Virus record (IMG/VR): IMGVR_UViG_3300013767_000202 | Span: 1-56,024 of that record | Strand: one strand, 5' to 3' | Length of the DNA: 56,024 bases | DNA from: a virus | Lineage: Duplodnaviria; Caudoviricetes | Shown here: positions 35,876-46,090 of the stretch, one piece after another | Position numbering within the stretch: position 1 is the stretch's first letter | Layout: the number at the start of each line of letters is the position of its first letter | Translations under genes and position numbers: made by a program | The notes under the pieces: generated by a model | Told to the model about the DNA's origin: nothing | Seen by the model: only the letters and a program-made list of their open reading frames with translations | Databases searched by the model: none

Positions 35876-36379
35876 ATGACACTCATCATCGAGGACGGTA
35901 CCGGCAAGCCTGGCGCCGAAAGCTACGCATCCGCCGAGGATCTGGCCATGTACGCCATGAAGTTTGGCGTGACCATCCCCGCTGAGGTGCCTGCACAGGA
36001 AGCGCTGCTTCGCCGGGCGGCTCTGGCAATGGATGGTATGACCTGGAAAGGGCGCAAGACCAGCAGCGAACAGGCTCTGGCCTGGCCGCGCCGGGAAGTG
36101 CTGTTGGATCAGGAGATCAAGCCCAACAACTACCTGCCGGCGCGGATCCAGTACGGCCAGATGGCCCTGGCCGCAGAGATCCATCAGGACGACATTGATC
36201 CGGTAGAGAAGCGCAAGGGGGCGGTCTTGCTTGATCGTGTTGAGGGTGCGGTGACGCGGCAGTACGCGGCAATTCCAAGCACCAGTAACCGACTGCTGCC
36301 GGCGGCGCCGGATCGGCCAAGCGCTACGCAGTTCGCCGACTATCTACAAAAGCGTGGATTGTTCTCTGTCAGGGTATGA
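35876..36379 (+). CDS. Head-tail adaptor (DnaT-like family)
   Basis: LIIEDGTG..GAESY, QALAWPR. Confidence 0.75.
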   Translation: MTLIIEDGTGKPGAESYASAEDLAMYAMKFGVTIPAEVPAQEALLRRAALAMDGMTWKGRKTSSEQALAWPRREVLLDQEIKPNNYLPARIQYGQMALAAEIHQDDIDPVEKRKGAVLLDRVEGAVTRQYAAIPSTSNRLLPAAPDRPSATQFADYLQKRGLFSVRV

Positions 36380-36465
36380 AAAGATACTGGCCACTTTGAA
36401 AAAAGTACTTGCTTAAGCTTGCTTGAGTAACTAAAGTTCCTTTCATTCCAACGAGGGAGCAAGAA

Positions 36466-36789
36466 ATGTTACCAAATCCAAAAAGCAGCAATTTCCCCTC
36501 GGCCTTGCGTAGCGCTCGTAAAGACGCTGGTTTTACGCTGACCGAGTTGGCCGAAGCCGCTGGTATCTCCGGCGTCATGCCGGGTCGATACGAGCGCGGG
36601 GAATCACAGCCCACCATGGGAACCTGGCAAGAACTCAACAAAGCACTTTTCGAAGTAGATGACGAAGAAGTAGAAGCTGAAGCCAAGAAGCAAGATGTCG
36701 GTAGTTCGCTTTCTGAATCTACGCTAGAGCAGATACTGGAAGAGTTGAAAGGCCGTGGATTCAGCACGGTAACGCTGTCTTACAGTTAA
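36466..36789 (+). CDS. XRE-family HTH protein (moron)
   Basis: LRSARKDAGFTLTELAEAAGIS....GRYERGESQP; own terminator. Confidence 0.8.
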   Translation: MLPNPKSSNFPSALRSARKDAGFTLTELAEAAGISGVMPGRYERGESQPTMGTWQELNKALFEVDDEEVEAEAKKQDVGSSLSESTLEQILEELKGRGFSTVTLSYS

Positions 36790-36800
36790 ATTCGATTTAC

Positions 36801-36828
36801 AAAAGCCCAGCCATCGCGCTGGGCTTTT
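36801..36828 (+). terminator. Rho-independent terminator
   Basis: AAAAGCCCAGC-catcgc-GCTGGGCTTTT. Confidence 0.7.
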
Positions 36829-36844
36829 CACATCTGGAGCCACC

Positions 36845-37213
36845 ATGGCCTTCTACGACGAAATGGCCGTGATGGCTCTGGAGATGATCACAGAGTTCGG
36901 CCAGCCCGTGCTGATCCGTGACATCCAGCCCGGCGAGTACGACCCGGAGACGGGTACCGCGGGGCCTGGCACCTCAACGGAACAGACTGCCCAAGGCATC
37001 CTGCTCGACTTCACTGGCCTGGAGTTCCAGAGCAACAGCCTGATCAAGCAGGGCGACAAGAAGCTCAAGATCGCTGCACAGGGGCTTGAGTGGGTCCCTG
37101 ATCTGCTGAACAAGGTGGTCATTCAGGGCCGGACCTGGTCCATCGTTCCGCCGTTGAAAGAGATCAACCCGTCCGGTACGCCGATCCTGTACGAACTGCA
37201 GGTGCGGTCATGA
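36845..37213 (+). CDS. Head closure protein
   Basis: GEYDPETG, IKQGDKK, LYELQVR; synteny. Confidence 0.7.
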   Translation: MAFYDEMAVMALEMITEFGQPVLIRDIQPGEYDPETGTAGPGTSTEQTAQGILLDFTGLEFQSNSLIKQGDKKLKIAAQGLEWVPDLLNKVVIQGRTWSIVPPLKEINPSGTPILYELQVRS

Positions 37214-37863
37214 GCAAATACGCCGGCATGAACGGAAGCTTCGCCGAGAACATTCGGCAGTTTGCCGAGCAGGCTCAGGCAGGGCTGGACGCTACCTTCC
37301 GCGAAATCGTGATCGAGATCGGCAGCAGCGTTATTCGCATGTCGCCAGTGGGCAACCCCGAGATCTGGGCGGCAAACGTGGCGCATCGTCAGGCCAATAC
37401 CCGGGCGGCTGACGACTACGACTTCAAGGTGGCCGTCCGCAACACGCTGATCAATCTGGACGACAGCAACTTCATCAAGGCCGGCAAGCTGAAACGCGGT
37501 GTGAAGTACGCCAAGCCCCTGACCAAGACCGAGCGCGACCAGAACTTCAATGTGAACGGCCTGGTGGCAGGGAAGGGTTACGTCGGCGGGCGCTTCCGTG
37601 GGAACTGGCAGTTCTCGATTGATACGCCGGCCGAGGGCGTGCTGGACCAGGTCGACCTGGTGGGGAGCGTGACGCTGGCGAAGTTAAAGCTGCAGGTCGA
37701 ACAACTGACCATCGGCCAGACGGCCTACATCGTGAATAATTTAATTTATAGCGTGCCGCTCGAGTACGGACATTCCAAACAGGCACCGGGCGGCATGGTG
37801 CGCATTACGCTCGCGCGGTTCCAGCAGATCGTCGACGAAGCCATCAGGAACAACCAGGTATGA
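37210..37863 (+). CDS. Tail completion protein (HK97 gp10-like)
   Basis: GRFRGNWQ, LEYGHSKQAP.GMVR. Confidence 0.75.
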   Translation: MSKYAGMNGSFAENIRQFAEQAQAGLDATFREIVIEIGSSVIRMSPVGNPEIWAANVAHRQANTRAADDYDFKVAVRNTLINLDDSNFIKAGKLKRGVKYAKPLTKTERDQNFNVNGLVAGKGYVGGRFRGNWQFSIDTPAEGVLDQVDLVGSVTLAKLKLQVEQLTIGQTAYIVNNLIYSVPLEYGHSKQAPGGMVRITLARFQQIVDEAIRNNQV

Positions 37864-38276
37864 GCCACAACACCATCGCTGCGATATACGAGACCCGACT
37901 GATCGCTTGGGCGAAGGCCTTGCCGACACCGCTCAAGGTTTTGGTGGAGAACGAGGCATACACGCCCGTGGACGGCGCTACATACCTGAAGGCGTTCACG
38001 CTGCCAGGTGATACCGCGAGCAACACGCTTGCCGGCGATCACAGGCTGTTCACTGGCGTGTTTCAGGTCAGCATCGTGACGCCGTCCGGCAAATATCGCG
38101 GCGCTGCCGGTGCGCTGGCTGACCAGATCGCCGCACTGTTCCCGCTGTACGAGCGAAATACGAAGGGCGCACTGACCGTGGTGACCATGACACCGGTTGA
38201 CCAAGGGCCAGGTATTCCAGACGACACAACCTACACCGTTCCGGTTTCGTTCGCGTACCGGGCCGACACCAACTAA
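37860..38276 (+). CDS. Tail terminator (DUF4128-like)
   Basis: GVFQVSIVTPSG.G, YTVPVSF.YRAD. Confidence 0.7.
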   Translation: MSHNTIAAIYETRLIAWAKALPTPLKVLVENEAYTPVDGATYLKAFTLPGDTASNTLAGDHRLFTGVFQVSIVTPSGKYRGAAGALADQIAALFPLYERNTKGALTVVTMTPVDQGPGIPDDTTYTVPVSFAYRADTN

Positions 38277-38345
38277 TCCGCCCATTGGGCAAACCCAGAA
38301 CCCGCCTTGTGCGGGTTTTGTCATTTCTACGAAGAGGAAAAACCC

Positions 38346-38993
38346 ATGGGCTTCAAGATCCCCAACGGCGGCACCTTCCAGCATGCCGCAACCTATGAGG
38401 CTGCGCTGGCTTTCACTGCCATCTCCAACGCATCCGAGGCGGTAGCCACTGTCGTTGGTGCCGATTTGGACGCCGGCGATATCGTCTTGCTCAATTCCGG
38501 CTGGAGCAAGCTGGATAACAAGGTTGTTCGCGTGAAGTCCGCAACCGCCGTTGCAATCACCCTGGAAGCGATCGATACCACCGACACTCAAATCTTCCCG
38601 GCTGGTAACGGCGCCGGAACCATGCGAAAGGTGCTGACCTGGGTGCAGATTCCGCAGGTCACCGACCTAGCATTTTCCGGCGGCGAGCAGAACTATCTGG
38701 ACGTGGTGTTTCTGGAGAACGACCAGGGCAAACAGATCCCGACCGACAAGTCCGCCGCCAGCATGGTGCTGACCATCGCTGATGACCCGGCTCAGGCCTT
38801 CAATGCCGTGCTGCTCAAAGCTGACGCGGGCAAGCAGGTGCAGGCTGCGCGCCTGAATCTTCCGGGCAACGACACGCTTCTGTATGGGGCTTACACCTCG
38901 TTCTCGAAACAGCCAGCCGTCTCTCGCAACAACCTGCTGACCCGCACCGTCAACCTGGCGTTGCAGGCCGAGCCAACCCGCTACCTGTCGTAA
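38346..38993 (+). CDS. Major tail tube protein
   Basis: 215 aa; WVQIPQV...SGGEQ...FLE; synteny. Confidence 0.8.
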   Translation: MGFKIPNGGTFQHAATYEAALAFTAISNASEAVATVVGADLDAGDIVLLNSGWSKLDNKVVRVKSATAVAITLEAIDTTDTQIFPAGNGAGTMRKVLTWVQIPQVTDLAFSGGEQNYLDVVFLENDQGKQIPTDKSAASMVLTIADDPAQAFNAVLLKADAGKQVQAARLNLPGNDTLLYGAYTSFSKQPAVSRNNLLTRTVNLALQAEPTRYLS

Positions 38994-39002
38994 GGAAGGA
39001 TC

Positions 39003-39383
39003 ATGGCTAAGTTCAAAATCGCCCAGAACCCAACCTTCAAGGCTGAAGTGATGATCCCTCGCGTAGGCGGCGACCCAGTGAAGGTGCCGTTTGAGTTCAA
39101 GTACCTGGATCGCACCGAGCTGGCCGCGCTTTATGCCGAGTGGGGCGAGCGCAACAAGGCGCTGGGCCTGAAGGTCGAGGACATGGACCTCAAGGAGTTC
39201 ACCGCGGCGCAGATCGACATCCAGGTCGACCAGATCAAGGCAGTGGTCGTCAGCTGGGGCTTCGATGAGAAGTTCACCGACGAGAACATCCGCATCCTGG
39301 TCAGCTCGATCGTCTCGACGCCCAGCGCGGTGCTGGCGGCGTACTCCGAGGCCTTCAACCAGTCCCGCCTGGGAAACTCCTAA
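39003..39383 (+). CDS. Tail assembly chaperone (G)
   Basis: PTFKAEV.IP, ends RLGNS with slippery site. Confidence 0.8.
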   Translation: MAKFKIAQNPTFKAEVMIPRVGGDPVKVPFEFKYLDRTELAALYAEWGERNKALGLKVEDMDLKEFTAAQIDIQVDQIKAVVVSWGFDEKFTDENIRILVSSIVSTPSAVLAAYSEAFNQSRLGNS

Positions 39384-39700
39384 GCGTCGCACGCGCCCTC
39401 TACGAGCAAGGGCCTTCGGCTGAAGAGCTGAAGACCTTTGGCTTTATGGTCGGCGACCTTACCGGCCAGGACTGCGAGGTTTGGCCGGACAACTGGCCGG
39501 CGTTCACGGTTTTTGAGGCGATGAGCACCCAGTGGCGAGTGGGCGCGTGCGGCGCTACCGGCCTGGACTACGGCGTTCTGCCGGGCGTCATCCGAATGTG
39601 CGGCGTACCACTCGCTGAGCGGCAAGGCATCTTCAGCGACATCCGACAGATGGAGGCTGAAGCCCTGCAGGTGATGGCGGAACAGAGAGAACACAAATGA
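39371..39700 (+). CDS. Tail chaperone GT extension via -1 frameshift (DUF1799-like)
   Basis: G GGA AAC at 39371-39377; the -1 frame is open into EVWPDNW...TQWR.G..GLDY. Confidence 0.8.
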   Translation, partial: GKLLSVARALYEQGPSAEELKTFGFMVGDLTGQDCEVWPDNWPAFTVFEAMSTQWRVGACGATGLDYGVLPGVIRMCGVPLAERQGIFSDIRQMEAEALQVMAEQREHK

Positions 39701-42700
39701 GCACTACCTTCGCATCGCTCGGCATCGCGGTCGAGTCGTCGCAAGCCGTCAAAGCGGCTGATGACCTGGACAAGCTGGTCGATGCGGCAGAAGGCGCCGA
39801 GAAGGCGATCGACGACCTTGGCAAGTCTGGTGCCGGGCTGGCTGATACTGGCAAGAAGATCGTTCAGGCCGAGACGGAAGTCGCCCAGGGCATCGACAAG
39901 TCCACGGAAGCCATGGAGCGGCAGGCTGGAGCGAGTCGTAAGAGAGGTGATAGCGCGGCTTATCAAATGGCTATCACAAAGCAGCTAGAGACAGCCGTTG
40001 CCAGCGCGTCCGGGTCGAGAGAGAACCTCTCAAGGGCGAATGATTTGTACGTCAAGGCTCAAGAAAAGGGCCTGCTTCTTACCGAAGATCAGATTCGCCT
40101 TGAAGGACTACTTGAAAAGGCTGACCAAAAGCTGGAGTCGTCCCTTCTAAAACAAGCAGCGGCGGCCGAGAGGGAGGTAATCCAGAAGCAAAAGCTGGTC
40201 GATGCTCAGAACCGCCAGATTGAGGGATGGAAGCGTGCGGTCAACGGCATTGACCCGGTGACCAAGAAGCTTGCGGATCTTGAGGCGCGTGAGAAGGCCC
40301 TAAACGAGCTGCATAAAATTGGTGAGTATGACGCCAAGCGGTATAGCGAAGCCTTAGCCAAGATTGGCAAGGAGCGAGCCGGACTGACCGAGGCCACCGG
40401 CGCATTCGACAAGCTGAAGCTCGGCACGAAACAGGCGCAAGAAAACGTAATTCAACTGGGTAATGCCCTGTCGTCCGGCGACTGGGGGAGTGGCGTTCGT
40501 GCGGTTGCTCAGCTCGGGGCTGGCGCGGGCGCATCTGCCTCCGGCCTGCTGGCAACCCTGGGCCCCATTGCCCTGGTCACTGCTGCTGTTGGCGCTCTCG
40601 GGCTCGCCTATTACAAGGGCAGCAAGGAGCAGAGCGCGTACAACGAGTCATTGATTCTTACCGGCAACTATGCCGGCACCAGTGCAAACCAGCTCTCCGA
40701 CATGGCGCGTCAGGTTAGTGCGACTGTTGGCACTACCGGAGCGGCGGCCGAAGTTCTGGCGACCATGGCGGGCAACGGAAAGCTAGCCGGCAGCAGCTTT
40801 GTTGAAATCGCTGAAGCGGCGCTTTCGATGGAGAAGGCCACGGGCAAGTCCGTCGATGCGACGGTGGCGGAGTTCGTCAAGATCGCCGATGACCCGGTCG
40901 CCGCCGCGAAGTCGCTGAACGATCAGTACCACTTCCTGACGGCGTCGGTGTACTCGCAGATAGTCGCGCTGAAGGAGCAGGGCAACGAGGTTGGCGCAGT
41001 CAAGCTGCTCACCGACACCTATGCCGATACCGTCAAGTCGCGCGCCGGCGAGATCACTCAGAACCTTGGGCTGGTAGAGCAGGGCTGGAAGGCCATCAAG
41101 TCGGCAGCAGCCGAAGCGTTGGGCGTTACTCTGGACGTGGGCCGCACCCAGTCGATCGACACTCAGATCGCCAACTACCAAAAGCTTGTTGATGATCGGA
41201 AGTCCGGCTTTCTGGCCAAGCTTTTCCCTGACGATCTGGGGGCAGGTAGCCAGTCCACAAAATTCCTCGAAGAGCAGATTGCCGCGCTCAAGAAGCGGAA
41301 GGTTGAAATTGAGGCCAGCTCTAAAGCCCAGGGCGAAAACACGCGAATACAGGATGAGGCGCAAGCAGCACATCGTCGCCTGAAGGCCACCAGTGATGCC
41401 AACCTTTCCAATGAGGAAAAACGCAACAAGCTGATCAAGGAGTACAAGCGGGACGTTGAAGCGCTGCGCAAAGCGAACCCGAATGACCCGCTGGTTCAGG
41501 CCGATTTCGTTGCAAAGACCATTGAGAACATCAAGGACAAGAACAAGGATCCGAAAGCCGCGGCCGGCGCCGTCGACCTGACCGCCTTCAACAACTCGAA
41601 AAACACGCTCACTGGCATTCTGTCCGAATACAAGAACGCCCAGAAGGAACTGGACGCGGCACAGAAAGCCGGCCTGGTCTCTCAGGCCGACTATCTGCTG
41701 AAACGCCAGGCCATGATCGGCAACGAGCGCGACGAGGTCACCGCGGCCTATGAGGCTGAGATCGCGGCGCTCGAGTCGGCCAAGACCAAGACGGGGGCTT
41801 CGGTAGCTCAGCGCATTCAGCTGGACCAGAGGATCGCCGACGCCAAGGCTGCGATGGTCAAGGCTCAGCGGGACGCCGATACCGAGTTGAGTGTGCTGGC
41901 GAAGAACGAAGAGGGCCGGCTGAAGAAGCAGACCCAGGCCGTTCAGACCTACAGCGACGCCCTGCAGCAGCAAGTCGATACTCTGCGCGAGCAGGGCCGG
42001 CGCGCCGCGACGGGACTTGGCCAAGGTGACCGCCAGCGCGAGCTGACGAACCAGCGGAACGGCATCGACGATCGCTTCAACCAGCAGAAGCTGGAGCTGG
42101 CCAACCAGTACGGCGACGGCTCGCGCGGCATGAGCCCCGAGGAGTACGGCCAGAAACTGGCAGCGCTGAAAGCCACGCAGCAGGACCTGCACGACACCGT
42201 CCAGGCCAACTACGACGAAATGACGACCGCCCAGGGGGACTGGAGCGCCGGAGCGTCGTCCGCTTGGCAGAACTACCTGGACTCAGCGCAGAACGTCGCC
42301 GGCCAAACGAAAAGCCTGTTCAGCAACGCCTTCAGCTCGATGGAAGACGCGGTCGTCAACTTCGCCACGACTGGGAAACTGTCGTTTGCCGACTTCACCA
42401 AGTCAATTCTCGCGGACATGGCGCGCATTGCGACTCGGCAAGCCAGCTCGGCGCTGCTGAGCAGTCTGGTGGGTGCAGGTATCAGCTACTTCTCGGGAGG
42501 TGGTTCCAGCACAACATCAGCGGGCTCGACGGCGGCCGGGTACAGCCCTGGCACCATCAACAGCTGGGCCGCTGCTCAGGCCAATGGAGGTGCCTGGGAT
42601 TCTGGCGCGCAGCTGTTCGCCAACGGCGGAGCCTTCACCAACAGCATCGTGAGCAAGCCTACTGCCTTCGGGATGGCCGGTGGACAGAAGGGGATCATGG

Positions 42701-42975
42701 GCGAAGCCGGTCCGGAGGCAATCGTGCCGCTGGCCAGGACCGCTGGTGGGCAGCTCGGTATTCGTGCGCTTGGTGGCGGGAGTGGTGACGGATCCACTCA
42801 AATCAGTGTGCAGGTGACCGTCGCCAGTGACGGCTCCACCAGCGCTTCTTCCGATGCCCCCGGTTTTCAGCAGTTCGGGAAAGAGCTTGGCGACTTCGTC
42901 GAGCAGAAGTACCGGCAGCTGCAGCGCAAGGACCTGGGCCAAGGCGGCAGCATTTACAGGGCAATCAAAGGGTGA
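39697..42975 (+). CDS. Tape measure protein
   Basis: 1092 aa Ala-rich helical; LILTGNYAG, MGEAGPEAIVPL. Confidence 0.92.
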   Translation: MSTTFASLGIAVESSQAVKAADDLDKLVDAAEGAEKAIDDLGKSGAGLADTGKKIVQAETEVAQGIDKSTEAMERQAGASRKRGDSAAYQMAITKQLETAVASASGSRENLSRANDLYVKAQEKGLLLTEDQIRLEGLLEKADQKLESSLLKQAAAAEREVIQKQKLVDAQNRQIEGWKRAVNGIDPVTKKLADLEAREKALNELHKIGEYDAKRYSEALAKIGKERAGLTEATGAFDKLKLGTKQAQENVIQLGNALSSGDWGSGVRAVAQLGAGAGASASGLLATLGPIALVTAAVGALGLAYYKGSKEQSAYNESLILTGNYAGTSANQLSDMARQVSATVGTTGAAAEVLATMAGNGKLAGSSFVEIAEAALSMEKATGKSVDATVAEFVKIADDPVAAAKSLNDQYHFLTASVYSQIVALKEQGNEVGAVKLLTDTYADTVKSRAGEITQNLGLVEQGWKAIKSAAAEALGVTLDVGRTQSIDTQIANYQKLVDDRKSGFLAKLFPDDLGAGSQSTKFLEEQIAALKKRKVEIEASSKAQGENTRIQDEAQAAHRRLKATSDANLSNEEKRNKLIKEYKRDVEALRKANPNDPLVQADFVAKTIENIKDKNKDPKAAAGAVDLTAFNNSKNTLTGILSEYKNAQKELDAAQKAGLVSQADYLLKRQAMIGNERDEVTAAYEAEIAALESAKTKTGASVAQRIQLDQRIADAKAAMVKAQRDADTELSVLAKNEEGRLKKQTQAVQTYSDALQQQVDTLREQGRRAATGLGQGDRQRELTNQRNGIDDRFNQQKLELANQYGDGSRGMSPEEYGQKLAALKATQQDLHDTVQANYDEMTTAQGDWSAGASSAWQNYLDSAQNVAGQTKSLFSNAFSSMEDAVVNFATTGKLSFADFTKSILADMARIATRQASSALLSSLVGAGISYFSGGGSSTTSAGSTAAGYSPGTINSWAAAQANGGAWDSGAQLFANGGAFTNSIVSKPTAFGMAGGQKGIMGEAGPEAIVPLARTAGGQLGIRALGGGSGDGSTQISVQVTVASDGSTSASSDAPGFQQFGKELGDFVEQKYRQLQRKDLGQGGSIYRAIKG

Positions 42976-42978
42976 CCT

Positions 42979-43317
42979 ATGGCGCTTGAAACGTTCACCT
43001 GGCAGATCGAGAAAGGCGCCGAAGGCGAGGTTAGTCAGCGCACCCGGACCAAGCAGTTCGGCGACGGCTACAGCCAGACGGTATCGGATGGCATCAACAA
43101 CAAGACGCAGTCCTGGCCATTCAGCCACACCGGTAGCGCCGCGCGGATCAAAGAAATCATGGCCTTTCTCGATCGCCACAAGGGCACCAGGGCGTTCCTC
43201 TGGACGCCGCCGCTGGGCGAGCTCGGGCTCTACAAGTGCAGCGGCTACAAACCAGCTCACAAGGGCGGCAACGTTTACACGCTGACCGGCACCTTCGAGC
43301 AAACCTTTCACCCATAG
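42979..43317 (+). CDS. Minor tail protein M (distal tail)
   Basis: QFGDGYSQ..DGIN, FLDRH.G.RAFLWTPP. Confidence 0.85.
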   Translation: MALETFTWQIEKGAEGEVSQRTRTKQFGDGYSQTVSDGINNKTQSWPFSHTGSAARIKEIMAFLDRHKGTRAFLWTPPLGELGLYKCSGYKPAHKGGNVYTLTGTFEQTFHP

Positions 43318-43328
43318 GGAGCAGCCAC

Positions 43329-44081
43329 ATGGCATTGATCGCGGACATCCAGAAGCTGGAGCCCGGCGGGGAAGTGCGCCTGTTTGAAATCGACGGCACG
43401 GAGTACGGCGCCGATGTTCTGCGCTTTCACGGGCACGCAATCCCGCACACGCCAGCCGAGCTTGCCGCCTATGCTGGCTCTCCGGATGAGCTGCCGGCGA
43501 AGTCGATCTGGTGGCAGGGCCACGAGTACGCAGCCTGGCCGGTGAAGATTGAGGGCATCGGCGCGGACAGCGATGGCAGTGCGACTCGGCCGAGCTTTAC
43601 CGCGGCCAACGTCAACGGTCGCATCACAGCGCTGTGCCTGGCCTTCGATGATCTGCTGAAGTTTCAGCTCACGGTCCGCGAGACGCTGGTCCAGTACCTG
43701 GATGCGGCCAACTTTCCCGAGGGCAACCCCACGGCTGACCCGACCCAGGAAGCGCTGGAGATCTGGTACATCGACCAGAAGACCGGCGAAGACGGCGAGC
43801 AGGTCCAGTGGGAGCTGTCCTCCCCGGGAGAGATCGACAACCACGGACTGCCCGGACGGCAGATGACGACCTTCTGCCACTGGGCCATGACTGGCGGTTA
43901 CCGAGGCCCGAACTGTGGCCACACCAGTAGCGCCATGTTCGACGACGAGGACAACCCCACGGATGACCCGAGCAAGGATCAGTGCAAGGGTGGCTTGAAG
44001 TCCTGCAAGTTGCGGTTCGGCGAAAACCAACCGCTCAGTCACGGTGGATTCCCTGCCGTGTCACTGATTGCCCGGAGCTGA
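43329..44081 (+). CDS. Minor tail protein L
   Basis: YLDAANF, C.W...YRGPNC, C...LKSCKLRF..GGFP. Confidence 0.9.
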   Translation: MALIADIQKLEPGGEVRLFEIDGTEYGADVLRFHGHAIPHTPAELAAYAGSPDELPAKSIWWQGHEYAAWPVKIEGIGADSDGSATRPSFTAANVNGRITALCLAFDDLLKFQLTVRETLVQYLDAANFPEGNPTADPTQEALEIWYIDQKTGEDGEQVQWELSSPGEIDNHGLPGRQMTTFCHWAMTGGYRGPNCGHTSSAMFDDEDNPTDDPSKDQCKGGLKSCKLRFGENQPLSHGGFPAVSLIARS

Positions 44082-44083
44082 CC

Positions 44084-44848
44084 ATGCGCAAGCACATCCT
44101 GAGCGCCATACAGGCGCATGCCGAACAGTGTTATCCCGCTGAATGCTGCGGCCTGGTGCTGGCCGTCGGACGGAAGCGGCAGTACTTCCCGTGCCGGAAC
44201 ATAGCGACAGAGCCGAACGAAGAGTTCCGGCTCGATCCGGAGGACTACGCCGCGGCGGAAGACCTGGGCGAGGTGATCGGTATCGTTCACTCGCACCCGG
44301 ACGCTACCAGTCGGCCATCGTCGCGCGACCTGGCAATGTGCGAGGCCACGGCCTTGCCCTGGCACATTCTGAGCTGGCCCGAGGCGGATTTGCGCACGAT
44401 CACACCAACCGGCGATACGCCGTTGCTGAAGCGTCCCTTCGTGCACGGTGTGTGGGACTGCTGGCAGGTCAGCGCGGACTGGTACAAGCGCGAATGGGGG
44501 TTGGAGTTCGAAGCCTTCCAGCGCGCTGATGGCTGGTGGGAAGACCCGGCCGGGCCGAGCCTCTACGAGCAGGCCTACGAAGCAGCCGGGTTCGCGCGGG
44601 TCGACCGGCCGCGGCGCGGCGACATGATCGTCATGTCCGTGGGTCGCACAGCACACCCGAACCATGCGGGGATCTATCTCGGCACAGATCCAGCGCTGCC
44701 AGGGGAGGCTGCCGAGGTGTTCGGACCTGGGCCTTTCCTGCTGCACCACCTGTATGGCAGACCCAGCGAGATTGTCGTGTTCGGCGGCCCCTGGCTCGAT
44801 CGAACGCGCCTGATCCTCAGGCACAAAGATGCACAACCAACCACATGA
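44084..44848 (+). CDS. Tail assembly protein K (JAB plus NlpC/P60)
   Basis: ECCG, VHSHPD, DCW, NHAGIY. Confidence 0.9.
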   Translation: MRKHILSAIQAHAEQCYPAECCGLVLAVGRKRQYFPCRNIATEPNEEFRLDPEDYAAAEDLGEVIGIVHSHPDATSRPSSRDLAMCEATALPWHILSWPEADLRTITPTGDTPLLKRPFVHGVWDCWQVSADWYKREWGLEFEAFQRADGWWEDPAGPSLYEQAYEAAGFARVDRPRRGDMIVMSVGRTAHPNHAGIYLGTDPALPGEAAEVFGPGPFLLHHLYGRPSEIVVFGGPWLDRTRLILRHKDAQPTT

Positions 44849-44872
44849 TGCGGCAGGGCCGCGGGAGCAACT

Positions 44873-45073
44873 ATGAGTCAGCCATTTGAAGCTGCAGGCG
44901 ATCAGTTCACCAGCAGGTGGTCGATCATCATCGATGGTGGTCGGTTCGCAGGGGTTGGGATTGGCTTGCCCGAAGATTGTGGAAAGAATACACAATCGAA
45001 AGCCGACCTATATGAGCATCGGCTTTCGAGATTGGAAAAGGCGCTCGGCCTTGACCCTATTTGTGATGACTGA
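44873..45073 (+). CDS. Small hypothetical protein
   Basis: 66 aa, GGGAG RBS, RLSRLEKALGL. Confidence 0.45.
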   Translation: MSQPFEAAGDQFTSRWSIIIDGGRFAGVGIGLPEDCGKNTQSKADLYEHRLSRLEKALGLDPICDD

Positions 45074-45284
45074 AGAAGCTGTTGATAGCTGTCACGTCGG
45101 GCGCAACAGCACCTGATGGATGAGTCTTGGCGAGTTCTACGGCATAAGCTTGAGCCGCCTCAATAGCCCCCGCGCCTTGCGTCTCTTTAAGCTGATTCGC
45201 CAGGCCTGAGAGTATGCAGTTCAGCGTAAGAAGAGATGAGCCGGTATAGTTCAGAATCTCTTGGATGTTGGTGTCATTGCTCAC
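45057..45284 (-). CDS. Hypothetical moron protein
   Basis: 75 aa, AGGAGG RBS, opposite strand. Confidence 0.55.
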   Translation of the reverse strand: MSNDTNIQEILNYTGSSLLTLNCILSGLANQLKETQGAGAIEAAQAYAVELAKTHPSGAVAPDVTAINSFFSHHK

Positions 45285-45378
45285 GGCGACCTCCTAGGTC
45301 ATAAACGCGCCGAAATTGGCGCAACCCCAGTCCTTGGGCTTGCAGGCAAAGGACTGGGGAAATCCCTTATGGTGAAAT

Positions 45379-45927
45379 CTATGCATACTTTGGTCCGAGG
45401 ACACTGGACAGGAAGTCTAGAGCCTCTGCGGCTTGGCTTGTCGCTTCGGCCTTTTGAGCAAATCGAGACACGTGCCATATATCAACCGACCAGCCTGTCA
45501 GATTCTCTTCTTTCAGGTGAATCCGGTGAATCTCTATGGCGAAAGGACGTGCTTGATCTGGGAATTTGTCGCTATCCGCCACAAAGCCAAGCACTTCACC
45601 GGCAACCATGAGTTGGGCGCCATAATCTTGGAATGCTCGACGATCTCGGTAGATAATGCCTACGCCAAATACCGAAGAAAAGTGGCCGTTCTCGTCCTCG
45701 ACCTGCGATGCGCAGCGAAAGGTCTCAAACCTCAGGTTGGGGCTATTGATAGCGACAACCAGGGACTTCAACTTTGGATCACGCTGTAATTCTGGTATTT
45801 CTTCAATGCGACCAGGCTCTTTGCTTAGCCATATCATGGGATGGATATCATCCTCTGGATCAGCTCTGTAGGGGAGATTTCGTAGTTCCGTACAGATTCG
45901 CAGATCGATCGCTGCCCACTTGCCCAT
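45379..45927 (-). CDS. Hypothetical moron protein
   Basis: 182 aa, AGGAG RBS, lower GC, opposite strand. Confidence 0.65.
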   Translation of the reverse strand: MGKWAAIDLRICTELRNLPYRADPEDDIHPMIWLSKEPGRIEEIPELQRDPKLKSLVVAINSPNLRFETFRCASQVEDENGHFSSVFGVGIIYRDRRAFQDYGAQLMVAGEVLGFVADSDKFPDQARPFAIEIHRIHLKEENLTGWSVDIWHVSRFAQKAEATSQAAEALDFLSSVLGPKYA

Positions 45928-46090
45928 TGCTAGCTCCTAGGTCATCCATGTGAGGGCGGGAGGCTACTATCGGCGGACGGCGGGGCGTTACTGGGGATTC
46001 GTACAGGCAACGAGCTTCCGTAGTGACTTGACACGGTACAATGATACGATACGTTGTTACGTATAGCCGTTACGCCGGAGATCAAGAGAA

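Noticed and set aside
39371-39383. Split tail chaperone as a pseudogene
   Set aside because: Canonical programmed -1 frameshift (GGGAAAC), as in lambda G/GT.
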